DNA of 52,671 nt from Patescibacteria group bacterium (lineage in GTDB: Bacteria; Patescibacteriota; Minisyncoccia; Phycocordibacterales; CSBR16-119), in NCBI GenBank assembly GCA_052033715.1, contig JBPOJJ010000004.1:1-52671 (forward strand). The letters are read 5' to 3'. The notes under the pieces were generated by a model, which was given only the letters and a program-made list of their open reading frames with translations, did not search any database and was not told the origin of the DNA. Positions 29,786 through 38,740 of this stretch are shown in pieces (position 1 is the stretch's first letter; every line of letters starts with the position of its first letter). Position numbers and translations under genes: made by a program.

Positions 29786-29820
29786 CTAGGCCATCCTCCA
29801 AGGGTGGCCTAGTCTTTTTT
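29786..29820. terminator. Intrinsic terminator
   Basis: CTAGGCCATCC-tccaa-GGGTGGCCTAG followed by tctttttt. Confidence 0.78.
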
Positions 29821-29828
29821 ATTTAAAA

Positions 29829-31124
29829 TTATTGGAGTTTATTTACGGCAACATCGATTCTTCTCAGGGTTTCCTCTTTTCCAAAAATATAAGCCAAAGC
29901 AAAAGGGTCCGGAGATTTATCTTTGCCCGAAAGTGCGAAACGAATTGGCCACAACACATCGCCTTTGCCATTCGCTTCAACATAGTCCCAAATCGCAGAT
30001 TTGATTGATTCCATGGAACTAAAATCAGCATTCGAAAGAAGTTGTTTGGCTTTTTCTAGGTGAATTAATGTTTTTTCTTTGTCAGACTTTTTCCAAATCA
30101 GATTTTCTGGTGAATACTCTCCCAACGTTTTATAAAATCCAAATTCCGCTTCGTCCTGGAGATCCGCGAACTTATTAATGCGTTCAATCAACGCATCCTT
30201 GGCGCGAACAATCATGTCCTCTGGCCAATCTAGGAATTTCTCTATTTCAGAAATCAAAACATCTTCTGGCATTTTCTTGATGTACTCCTTGTTGTACCAA
30301 TTCAACTTCTCGATATTGAAAACTCCACCAGATTTCTGAACTTTTTCAAGTGAGAATTCTTTGACCAGTTCATCAAGCGTAAAGAGTTCTTGTTCGGTAC
30401 CAGGATTCCAGCCGAGGAACGCCAGGAAGTTCAAAACCGCTTCCGGCAAATACCCCATGTCACGAAAATCGAGTAGTGCCGTGGCACCATGACGTTTAGA
30501 CATCTTGGTCTTATCCGGGGCCAAAACAAGCGGTATATGGGCATAAATCGGCCTCTGGAAGCCCAAAGCCTCGAGAATAAGAATTTGCCGGGGCGTGTTT
30601 GAAAGATGTTCCTGAGCACGGATAACATGACTTACTTCCATAAAGCCATCGTCTACGACAACTGTCAGATGATATAGTGGGGTTTGTAGATCTTTGGCAA
30701 TGACGAAATCTTTGAGATCGGTGGTGTCGAACTCAATCTCACCCAAAACCACATCAGTGAACTTAATTTTTATATTTGGATTTTTGAAACGAATCACTTC
30801 CCCACGTTTCCCCTCCTCGGCAACTTCCTGAGATACATAAGCGGCACCAGAATCGAGAAGCTTTTTTAATTGCTCTTTGTAAATTTCAGTACGCTCAGAC
30901 TGTCGATAAAACTCGTCGTATTTGAGTCCGAGCCATTTAAATGATTCGATTATATTTTCTTCAAATTCTAGTTTAGATCTTTCTTTGTCTGTGTCTTCGA
31001 TACGCAAGATAAATTTACCATCGTGTTTTCTAGAAAATAAATATGAAAAAAGCGCAGTTCTGGCAGAACCGATATGAAATTTCCCTGTCGGGGACGGCGC
31101 CATTCTCGTGATTACATTATTCAT
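29829..31124 (-). CDS. gltX: Glutamate-tRNA ligase
   Basis: APSPTGKFHIG, LRIEDTD, HVIRAQEH and KMSKR motifs; ATG overlaps the murG stop. Confidence 0.94.
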   Translation of the reverse strand: MNNVITRMAPSPTGKFHIGSARTALFSYLFSRKHDGKFILRIEDTDKERSKLEFEENIIESFKWLGLKYDEFYRQSERTEIYKEQLKKLLDSGAAYVSQEVAEEGKRGEVIRFKNPNIKIKFTDVVLGEIEFDTTDLKDFVIAKDLQTPLYHLTVVVDDGFMEVSHVIRAQEHLSNTPRQILILEALGFQRPIYAHIPLVLAPDKTKMSKRHGATALLDFRDMGYLPEAVLNFLAFLGWNPGTEQELFTLDELVKEFSLEKVQKSGGVFNIEKLNWYNKEYIKKMPEDVLISEIEKFLDWPEDMIVRAKDALIERINKFADLQDEAEFGFYKTLGEYSPENLIWKKSDKEKTLIHLEKAKQLLSNADFSSMESIKSAIWDYVEANGKGDVLWPIRFALSGKDKSPDPFALAYIFGKEETLRRIDVAVNKLQ

Positions 31125-32244
31125 GAGACAATCCAATATTTATTATTTCCTGCGCAACCTTATCTTCAGCGTCTGGAAAAACAAATTCTTTGGTCGCTTC
31201 ACTCATTGATTTCATGATCTCCGAATTTGCAAAAAGTCGATCAATTTCTTCGATCAAGACATGTGGCTTAAGATTCGACTCCTCGATGACGAGACATGCT
31301 CCTGTTCGAGCATAATTGAAAGCGTTGTTTCTCTGGTGATCGCCGTTGGTTTTAGTAATTGGTACGATAATCGATGGTATGCCCCATGAGGCAATTTCAG
31401 AAATCGAATTAGCTCCGGCGCGCGACACGACGAGTCCCGCCACTCCGGCACACATCCGAATCGCGAGTTTGTTGAGATAAGGATATGGATAATAATTTTG
31501 TTTTTGTTCAGATTCCTTGAGTACCAAGTCAGAAATCGTTTTGACTTCTTCAAAATTTTTCACTCCTGTCTGATGAATTACTTGATAGCGTGTGACAAGT
31601 TCTGGCAGAGCGTCGAGCACGGTATTGTTTATAAATTTGGCGCCCTGAGATCCACCGAGAATAAACACCACCGGAAAAGCAGACCTCAATTTCAAATATT
31701 CAAACGCGCCCTCTTTCAAAGGTGTACGAACTTCTTTGCGAACAATGTGTCCGACAAAAGCTGTCTTGTCAGCCGGAAAATGTTCTATCGCCTCTTTAAA
31801 CGAAATAGCAATTTTACTAGCCCACTTCCCCGCCATTTTATTGGCGCGACCCGGGACTGAATCAGACTCATGAATAATTAGTGGGATATTCAAAACTCGC
31901 GCGGCAATAGTAACTGGAACGGCTGGATAACCGCCTTTGGAGAAAACTACGTCTGGAAAAATTCGGTAGAGCATAAAAATTGCTCGAATAGTTGCGAAGA
32001 AGGTTTTGAAAACGTCAAAGAAATTCTGAATCGAAAAATAAACTCGTTGCTTGCCAGTTTCAAGTTTGGTGAATTGGATGTGGTTATCGTCGAGCGCGCG
32101 TTGATCGTATGGCGTATCGGAAATATAAAAAAGTTCCATGTCGAGAATCTTTTGCTCGACCGCCATTTCGTTTAATTTTTCAGCGACAGCAACGATCGGA
32201 TAGAAATGTCCCCCAGTTCCTCCTCCCGTAAATAAAACTTTCAT
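31117..32244 (-). CDS. murG: UDP-GlcNAc:lipid I N-acetylglucosamine transferase
   Basis: GGGTGGHFYP, HESDSVPGRAN, GGSQGA and SRAGA motifs. Confidence 0.96.
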   Translation of the reverse strand: MKVLFTGGGTGGHFYPIVAVAEKLNEMAVEQKILDMELFYISDTPYDQRALDDNHIQFTKLETGKQRVYFSIQNFFDVFKTFFATIRAIFMLYRIFPDVVFSKGGYPAVPVTIAARVLNIPLIIHESDSVPGRANKMAGKWASKIAISFKEAIEHFPADKTAFVGHIVRKEVRTPLKEGAFEYLKLRSAFPVVFILGGSQGAKFINNTVLDALPELVTRYQVIHQTGVKNFEEVKTISDLVLKESEQKQNYYPYPYLNKLAIRMCAGVAGLVVSRAGANSISEIASWGIPSIIVPITKTNGDHQRNNAFNYARTGACLVIEESNLKPHVLIEEIDRLFANSEIMKSMSEATKEFVFPDAEDKVAQEIINIGLSHE

Positions 32245-32255
32245 AATTCCTAGTG

Positions 32256-32329
32256 AGGAGCATTTGCAAGCTTGCTTGTATGATATCCGAACGACGGAAT
32301 TATACGAGACGAGCGAAGCGAGTGCTCTT
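32256..32329 (+). repeat. 74-nt near-perfect rod hairpin (REP-like element or antisense RNA)
   Basis: About 31 bp of pairing with several G-U pairs that form only on the plus strand. Confidence 0.55.
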
Positions 32330-32341
32330 ATAATTTATAAT

Positions 32342-33445
32342 TTATCTGTTTTGTAATTGATATCTAGAAACATTAAGCACAATTCCAGTAGCTGCCATGG
32401 CAATCATAAGCGCCGTTCCTCCGTGACTAACGAAAACGAGAGGCACGCCCGTAAGTGGGAAAAGCCCTGTAATAGAGGCGATGTTTAGGAAGGATTGGGC
32501 CAGAAGTAGTATAACAATTCCAGCGACCATTAGTCTACCGAAAGAATCCGGCGCTCGATAAGCAATTCGAAGTCCTCTAAGACCGAAAAGTAGGTACAAA
32601 ATAACGAAGGCAAAAGTCCCAATCAATCCAAACTCTTCTCCAATAACGGCAAAAATTGAGTCTCCTTGTGGTTCTGGTAGATAAGTAAATTTCTGAACGC
32701 TTTGTCCCAGGCCTCGTCCAAAAACTCCCCCTGATCCAATAGCGATAATCGAATGATCGAGCTGGTACGACGAACCAAGTCTATCGTGCGCCGGATTAAT
32801 AAAAGTTTTAACACGAGCGAGCAAGTACGATTTTGAAAAAACTAAAACACCGAACATCAGCACGGCGACCAAGAACCCATAAAAGAAATATTTCCAAGAG
32901 ATTCCCGAGAGCAATAACATCGAAGCTCCAGCTGCAGCCATCAGGATGATACTTTTGGTGTCGGGTTGTTGCAAAAGTATGGCGGCAATAACGCCGAGCA
33001 TTATAACAAGCGGCAACGCACCGTACTTCACTTCTTTGGCTCGCGCTTTGACCCAGGACAACCAACCTGCGAAATATATGACAAATGCGATTTTCAAAAA
33101 TTCTACCGGTTGGAAAGAAATCGGTCCGAGTGAAATCCAACGACGCGCACCACCGTGCTCAAAACTAATCGCTGGAACAAAAACCAAGAGCGTGAGAAGT
33201 ATGGAGGCGAGAAAAAGAAAAAAAGCGTATTTACGCCAGACTTTGTAATCAATCCGCGAAAACCAATACATCAAAAATCCACCGAGTCCGAGTCCGATCG
33301 TTTGTGAAATCATCATGCTCCAGAACTTGGAAGAACTTCTGGCGAGAACTCCAAAAGAGGCAGAGATGAAACTCACATATCCGAGAACCAAAAGGATGAT
33401 GATGGTATAAAGAAAAAACTTGTCGACTTTTCCGAGCGATGACAT
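32342..33445 (-). CDS. ftsW: SEDS peptidoglycan glycosyltransferase (FtsW/RodA family)
   Basis: GARRWI, FQPVEF, QPD, SYQL, LPEPQGDSIFAVIGEE and TGVPL..VSHGG motifs; murG context. Confidence 0.9.
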   Translation of the reverse strand: MSSLGKVDKFFLYTIIILLVLGYVSFISASFGVLARSSSKFWSMMISQTIGLGLGGFLMYWFSRIDYKVWRKYAFFLFLASILLTLLVFVPAISFEHGGARRWISLGPISFQPVEFLKIAFVIYFAGWLSWVKARAKEVKYGALPLVIMLGVIAAILLQQPDTKSIILMAAAGASMLLLSGISWKYFFYGFLVAVLMFGVLVFSKSYLLARVKTFINPAHDRLGSSYQLDHSIIAIGSGGVFGRGLGQSVQKFTYLPEPQGDSIFAVIGEEFGLIGTFAFVILYLLFGLRGLRIAYRAPDSFGRLMVAGIVILLLAQSFLNIASITGLFPLTGVPLVFVSHGGTALMIAMAATGIVLNVSRYQLQNR

Positions 33446-33457
33446 GAGTAGATTATA

Positions 33458-34528
33458 CTACAGTAGCGCTACAATGACCCCGACGACGGCAAACATGAGA
33501 GATAGAATCCAGTACCTCATGGTTATTTTTTCACGAGACCAGCCGAGAGCTTCAAAATGATGATGGAGCGGTGCTATGCGGAATACTTTGCCAGAAGGCC
33601 CACGTAATTTTTTCGAAATGATTTGAATGAAGGAAGATGCCGAAGTTATGACAAGCGGAAATCCGATAATCGGAAGTATAAGCACCGTATCAGTCAAAAA
33701 TACTATGACAACAAGAGCAAACATGAGTCCGAGCATCCCCGTTTCCCCCATCCAAAACCTGGCTGGCGGGATATTGAACCATAGAAAGGCCAGAATCGCC
33801 CCAGAAATGACGAGCGAAAAAGCTGCAATGTCGATTTGATTTTGGAAATATGCGATAGCTGAAAGTGCGGCGAAAATTATCGCCATCACCCCCCCTGCAA
33901 GTCCATCAATACCATCGATTACGCCAGACGAGAACGTCGACAAAAATATAAAAATAAAAAACGGGATAAACCAAATTCCTAGAAACGCATAGTGATGAGT
34001 CATTGGCAACATCACATAATCCACTCCGAGTTTGAAATAAAACCACGATGCGAAGACAAATCCCGCCACCGTCACGAAACTTATCATATAAGATCTCGGA
34101 AAACCGTTTACAAAAATTCCTTTTTTGACATAAATCGTCATTAAATCATTTATGAGTCCAAAGACTGCGCCGACGAGGAGTGCCACAAACGGCAAGTAAG
34201 TCTGATTCTTACTAACGAAGTTTAATTTAGTTGTGACATAGGTTGGATGAAATTTCGCAACCAATAGAAGCAAGAGAGTGGACAGAACAACCGACACCCA
34301 GATAATGAGTCCGCCGACTCTGGGCGTTCGTGTCTCGGCGTCGTGAGTGCCAAGCGCCTTGAAAGCTGGAGACATCGTATCATTTTTAGTCTCGCCGTCG
34401 ACATTACGTGCAACCTTCTTCCACATTTTATACTTGTAAAAAATACCCGTAAAAATAGGCGTAATTAAAATACCGATTATAAACGTCAGAACTACTGGTA
34501 AAGAAATTTTTATCAGATCGAGTATCAT
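33458..34528 (-). CDS. mraY: Phospho-MurNAc-pentapeptide transferase
   Basis: TPRVGG, DGIDGL, WFN.PPARFWMGETG and APLHHHFE motifs. Confidence 0.94.
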   Translation of the reverse strand: MILDLIKISLPVVLTFIIGILITPIFTGIFYKYKMWKKVARNVDGETKNDTMSPAFKALGTHDAETRTPRVGGLIIWVSVVLSTLLLLLVAKFHPTYVTTKLNFVSKNQTYLPFVALLVGAVFGLINDLMTIYVKKGIFVNGFPRSYMISFVTVAGFVFASWFYFKLGVDYVMLPMTHHYAFLGIWFIPFFIFIFLSTFSSGVIDGIDGLAGGVMAIIFAALSAIAYFQNQIDIAAFSLVISGAILAFLWFNIPPARFWMGETGMLGLMFALVVIVFLTDTVLILPIIGFPLVITSASSFIQIISKKLRGPSGKVFRIAPLHHHFEALGWSREKITMRYWILSLMFAVVGVIVALL

Positions 34529-35472
34529 AAATTATTTTGAGTTTGGACAACTGCGCCAGTTAGAGTTTTCATATCAGTGAAGCGGTCATCATAGGTCGAC
34601 CCCATAACTATTATAATGCGCGTTGATTTGAAATCAGGTGTTGTGGCCACGACCAAGTTTCCACCAGAAATTGTAGTAAATCCTGTTTTGGACGCTGTAA
34701 TGTTGGGAATTTCTTCAACAACAGTGTTGGTGTTATCGATGTTGTGAACTTTATTAAGAGATGAAACAGTTGCGATCTTGTTATTTGTAATAGAAAAAAT
34801 TTCTGGATAAGTTTTTACCGCATAAGCAAAAAGTTTAGCTATGTCGCGAGCTGATCCATAAGCACCATTTTCTGTGTCAGTTATATCGAGCCCAGATTCA
34901 TTTTTAAAAACCAGACTCTTCAATCCTAGCTCCGATGCTCGTATATTCATTTGAGAGACAAAAACCTGGATCGGGTCTGTTGTTTCAGGATTTATAATTT
35001 TGCCAGTTCCAAGCGCGAGTTCATGCACCGCGTCGTTCGAAGAAACAAATAACGCAAATTTCAAAAGCTCGTCTCTTGTCCATTTTTCGTTTAACAAAAG
35101 CCCGTGATCGGCGGATTGACCCAGAGACTCTTTGGAAATTTGGAAGACCTTATCAGGTGGCGCGTTCTCCATCACGACAATCGCACTCATGACTTTTGCC
35201 AGAGACGCTAGCGGCATAACACTTTCCGCATTTTTCTTATAAACAAAATTATTTTCATCTGCATCATAAATAGCAAAAGACCTGGCTTCAAGCGCCAAAT
35301 TTAAAAAAGGTTTAATGCTGTCTTCGTAAGCAATAATTTCTTTCTCGGCAATATCGTTTGCAAGAATTTCTTGGTTTATCGCGCGGCCATAGAAAAAACT
35401 AACGATTCCTAAAAATATCATTATAGCGATTATTTGTTTTTCCGAATCTTTTAAATTAATTTTCATTTTCAT
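34525..35472 (-). CDS. D-alanyl-D-alanine carboxypeptidase (S11)
   Basis: SLAK (SxxK), SSN (SxN) and KTG motifs. Confidence 0.9.
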   Translation of the reverse strand: MKMKINLKDSEKQIIAIMIFLGIVSFFYGRAINQEILANDIAEKEIIAYEDSIKPFLNLALEARSFAIYDADENNFVYKKNAESVMPLASLAKVMSAIVVMENAPPDKVFQISKESLGQSADHGLLLNEKWTRDELLKFALFVSSNDAVHELALGTGKIINPETTDPIQVFVSQMNIRASELGLKSLVFKNESGLDITDTENGAYGSARDIAKLFAYAVKTYPEIFSITNNKIATVSSLNKVHNIDNTNTVVEEIPNITASKTGFTTISGGNLVVATTPDFKSTRIIIVMGSTYDDRFTDMKTLTGAVVQTQNNL

Positions 35473-36004
35473 CTTGAGGTTGGCCGGATAGTTTCGTTTC
35501 GAGGGTTTTTTGGATTACTTCGAATTGCGGCAGATCCTTAACACTCGAAACTCCCAGGTATGATAGCAACTCTAGGGACGGCCTGTAAACATACATCCTG
35601 GCGTCAGATTTGTGCGTAATTCGCTCGACAAGCCCACGAATTTCCAGGTTACGTAAAATATATCCAGAATTTACTCCACGGATAAAGTTTATCTCGCTTC
35701 GGGTCACAGAATCTTTGTAGAGAATTATAGAGAGGGTCTCGAGAGCGGCTTTGGATAAATCTTTGTTCAGTTCTTCTTTACGCAATTCTTCGAAGAACTG
35801 TGACATCTCTGGCGAGGTGCCAAGCATAATTTTGTCGCCGTGACGTACAAGAGTCACCCCGCGGCCAGCCAAAGATTTTTCAAGTAACTCAAGCGCCGGT
35901 GGAACTTCGGCCGGATCAATGCGCATCGCAACAGCGATTTCCCACTCGGTCTGAGGTTCGCCCTTCCAAAACAAAAAAGATTCGATTTTTGATTCTAATT
36001 CCAT
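35456..36004 (-). CDS. scpB: SMC-ScpAB subunit ScpB
   Basis: LSKAALETLSII.Y, TRSEINFIRGV and L.IRGLVE motifs. Confidence 0.93.
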   Translation of the reverse strand: MELESKIESFLFWKGEPQTEWEIAVAMRIDPAEVPPALELLEKSLAGRGVTLVRHGDKIMLGTSPEMSQFFEELRKEELNKDLSKAALETLSIILYKDSVTRSEINFIRGVNSGYILRNLEIRGLVERITHKSDARMYVYRPSLELLSYLGVSSVKDLPQFEVIQKTLETKLSGQPQDENEN

Positions 36005-36732
36005 TAAATTATTTTCTCTAGATTAATATCCTGGAAGTCCCCTTCCTGTTCGGCGTGCATAAATCCGTTACGCACCAATTCTAACATGGCCAGGAACGAT
36101 ACAATAACGCCGACTTTGCGCTCCTTGCCCTCGCCAGGGATACTCGAAGAAATTTCTTTGAAACTCATTTTGAGTTTGGAGGTGACGCGTTCGATGACAT
36201 CATTGATCGTATCTTCAAGACTGCGAATTTTCATGACGGCGACTTCGGGTTTGACTGGTTCTGGCTCAGGAATCGCTTGGATGACATCCTGCATGTTCGA
36301 AAACATGGATTGTAAAGTTATAGCCTGGTCTGGAGTAAAAACTTTCATCTCGATTTTAGTTTCGAGACGCGGAAAAATAATTTGTTTACCAAATTGCTCT
36401 GCGATCTCAACACCGATGTCTTTGATGATTTTATAAAGTTCGAGTCGACGCTCCAAAGCCGAGATGTCTTGTTCCTCGTCGGCAGATAATTCCATGTTTG
36501 GAATAAGCGATCGAGATTTGATCAGAATCAAAGTGGCAGCTATAGAAATAAAAGAAGCGTATGAATCCAAATCTGTTTTCGGCAGACTTTTGACATACGT
36601 GATGAAATCATCCGTAATTGAGGCAAGCGAAATTTCATTGATGAAAAGTTTACGCTTTTCTATGAGACCCAAAAGAATCTCAAGGGGCCCCTCAAAATTG
36701 AGTGTTTTTACTTGATAAGAAGTTTCGGTCAT
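36004..36732 (-). CDS. scpA: SMC-ScpAB subunit ScpA
   Basis: FEGPLEILL.LI and SFLAMLEL motifs. Confidence 0.93.
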   Translation of the reverse strand: MTETSYQVKTLNFEGPLEILLGLIEKRKLFINEISLASITDDFITYVKSLPKTDLDSYASFISIAATLILIKSRSLIPNMELSADEEQDISALERRLELYKIIKDIGVEIAEQFGKQIIFPRLETKIEMKVFTPDQAITLQSMFSNMQDVIQAIPEPEPVKPEVAVMKIRSLEDTINDVIERVTSKLKMSFKEISSSIPGEGKERKVGVIVSFLAMLELVRNGFMHAEQEGDFQDINLEKII

Positions 36733-36762
36733 TGTGGATATTTTAACACAAAAACGACTCTC

Positions 36763-37986
36763 TTATAGAGTAAATTGTCCGTCCTGATAAATTATTTTTT
36801 CTTTGCCGCCAGGTAGATATGCCGTCACTGTTCTGTCTGTTGTGGAAATTATATCCGTATGAACTGATGAGTCATTGTAACCGAGTTTGTCCCAAGTTGC
36901 TTTTGAAACTTTCGATGGATCACCTTTGTAACAATCGTGATAGGATTTTCCAAGCGCGAGATGAGTGTTACCAAAACGTCCGCCAATATTTTCATCGTAC
37001 AAAGTCTCAGCCATAAATTTCGTGATTTCGGAAAATCGTCTATCGGTCAGAGAATATTCACCCACCTTGTCGGCATTTTTTGTCGCAATCATTTCTTTGA
37101 GCACGTTGTGATTTTTTGTCGCAAAACTTTTGACGACTTTGCCATCTTTAAACCACAGCTCTATGCCGGTAATAAGGTTGCCGTAAATATAGAGCGGCTG
37201 ATTGAATTTGATCCAGCCTTCAGTTCCCCGCCAATCAGGACTGGTGAAAATTTCAAAACTCGGTACGTTGTGACCGGTACCTCCCACCCATTTACTCTTT
37301 GGTGATAGTTTTATCCATAGATCAGCGTCAGCTCCGACAACATGTAATTTCTCGATCGACAGATCGTTCAACTTCTTCACTGAACTCTGAATCATTTGTG
37401 AAGTCGCGCGCCATTTCTTCTTGGGATCTGGATAATTCAAGTAACAGGCTTTTATGATTTGATCCCAGTATTCTTTCAAAGTCATTTGAGCTTCTTTGGC
37501 CATAGCTTCTGTTCCATAGAGAGCAAGCGTCCAAGTAAATTTACCGGCGCTCTCTTTCTTGCTACGCAAATCAAAGACGAATTTCGTGGCTTCTCCACGA
37601 GCCATAATCTTCTTTGGATCAACGCCTTCCAGAGGATTTTTCATCGATTCGCTTATGACAAATATCTGATGATCAATGTCTTTGACCATACCCACCATCG
37701 CGTTTTTGTTTACGTATTTGATTTGCTCATCGCTCGCTAGATTGTAAAACTCTTTGGAGAAATTAAATTCTTTAGTAGCGTCGGGAAGAAAAAACATTAC
37801 CGGATTACCACCTGATCTCAGAACGGCATTGTGAATTTCAAATAGTAGTGGCTTGGTAGATTCTTCGCCGATAATTCTAACCGTTTCGCCTTTCTTTATC
37901 CCCTCTTTGGTGCCAAGAGCAAAATTAACCAACACATCCGCGTACTTTTCGAGAATTTTTTTAGAAGGTTTATAGATTTTTTTCAT
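36763..37986 (-). CDS. M29 aminopeptidase (AmpS/aminopeptidase II)
   Basis: NVPSFEIFTSP, GEYSLTD, LYDENIG..HLALG and VHTD motifs. Confidence 0.92.
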   Translation of the reverse strand: MKKIYKPSKKILEKYADVLVNFALGTKEGIKKGETVRIIGEESTKPLLFEIHNAVLRSGGNPVMFFLPDATKEFNFSKEFYNLASDEQIKYVNKNAMVGMVKDIDHQIFVISESMKNPLEGVDPKKIMARGEATKFVFDLRSKKESAGKFTWTLALYGTEAMAKEAQMTLKEYWDQIIKACYLNYPDPKKKWRATSQMIQSSVKKLNDLSIEKLHVVGADADLWIKLSPKSKWVGGTGHNVPSFEIFTSPDWRGTEGWIKFNQPLYIYGNLITGIELWFKDGKVVKSFATKNHNVLKEMIATKNADKVGEYSLTDRRFSEITKFMAETLYDENIGGRFGNTHLALGKSYHDCYKGDPSKVSKATWDKLGYNDSSVHTDIISTTDRTVTAYLPGGKEKIIYQDGQFTL

Positions 37987-38005
37987 ATTTCTTGGTGGGG
38001 ATATA

Positions 38006-38731
38006 TTAGTTTAATGGCAACTCACCCCTTAGACCCGCCCAGAAATTTCTAGCCCGCTCAAGGATGTCTGAATTTCTTTTAAAATGTTCTTCGTGGGCCT
38101 TTTCTACGGTTGTTCTTAATCGTGCGCTTATTTCTTCGAAACGTAGTTCTCCTGTTTTTCGCACTCCATCGATTCTATCCGCTAGATTTGTTTTTGTTTC
38201 TAGCACATGAGCTCTTTTGAGTTCACTGATTATATTCTCAAGAAAAAATACTCTCTCAACGTAAATACCATACAATTTCTCATGGAGCTCTTTTATCTTT
38301 CCTTCCGGAACACCGTTGTCGGCTAAGGTATCCAGAATTGATTTCATTTCGTCATGCTCAGGCGTGTAATATTTTTCAACCCTGTCAGATTGACCATCCA
38401 GTGTTTCCATTACATTTTTGTGTAAACGATCCATAAAATCGCGCTGTTCAGCAAACGCCTGATCAATCATGTCTTTGTCTACAAATTCTCTTGCCCCCAT
38501 AGCGGCCGACTGTTCTTCGGCAACTTTATCTAAATCTTTTTTATAAACCTCCAAAGAATTATCCAGATCGACTATGAATTTTTGGTACGATTCTTCTTGG
38601 CCTTCGAATCTGAAACGATTGTCCGTTAGAATTTCAATAAACTTGGCTTTGATTTCCTCACCACCCTTTTTGAGCTCTTTGAGCCAGCCAGTTGGGTCTT
38701 GTTCTGGATTATTAGGCACTGATTCATTCAT
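38006..38731 (-). CDS. Hypothetical alpha-helical charged protein
   Basis: 241-aa ORF filling the gap between aspS and the aminopeptidase. Confidence 0.75.
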   Translation of the reverse strand: MNESVPNNPEQDPTGWLKELKKGGEEIKAKFIEILTDNRFRFEGQEESYQKFIVDLDNSLEVYKKDLDKVAEEQSAAMGAREFVDKDMIDQAFAEQRDFMDRLHKNVMETLDGQSDRVEKYYTPEHDEMKSILDTLADNGVPEGKIKELHEKLYGIYVERVFFLENIISELKRAHVLETKTNLADRIDGVRKTGELRFEEISARLRTTVEKAHEEHFKRNSDILERARNFWAGLRGELPLN

Positions 38732-38740
38732 ACAAATTAA

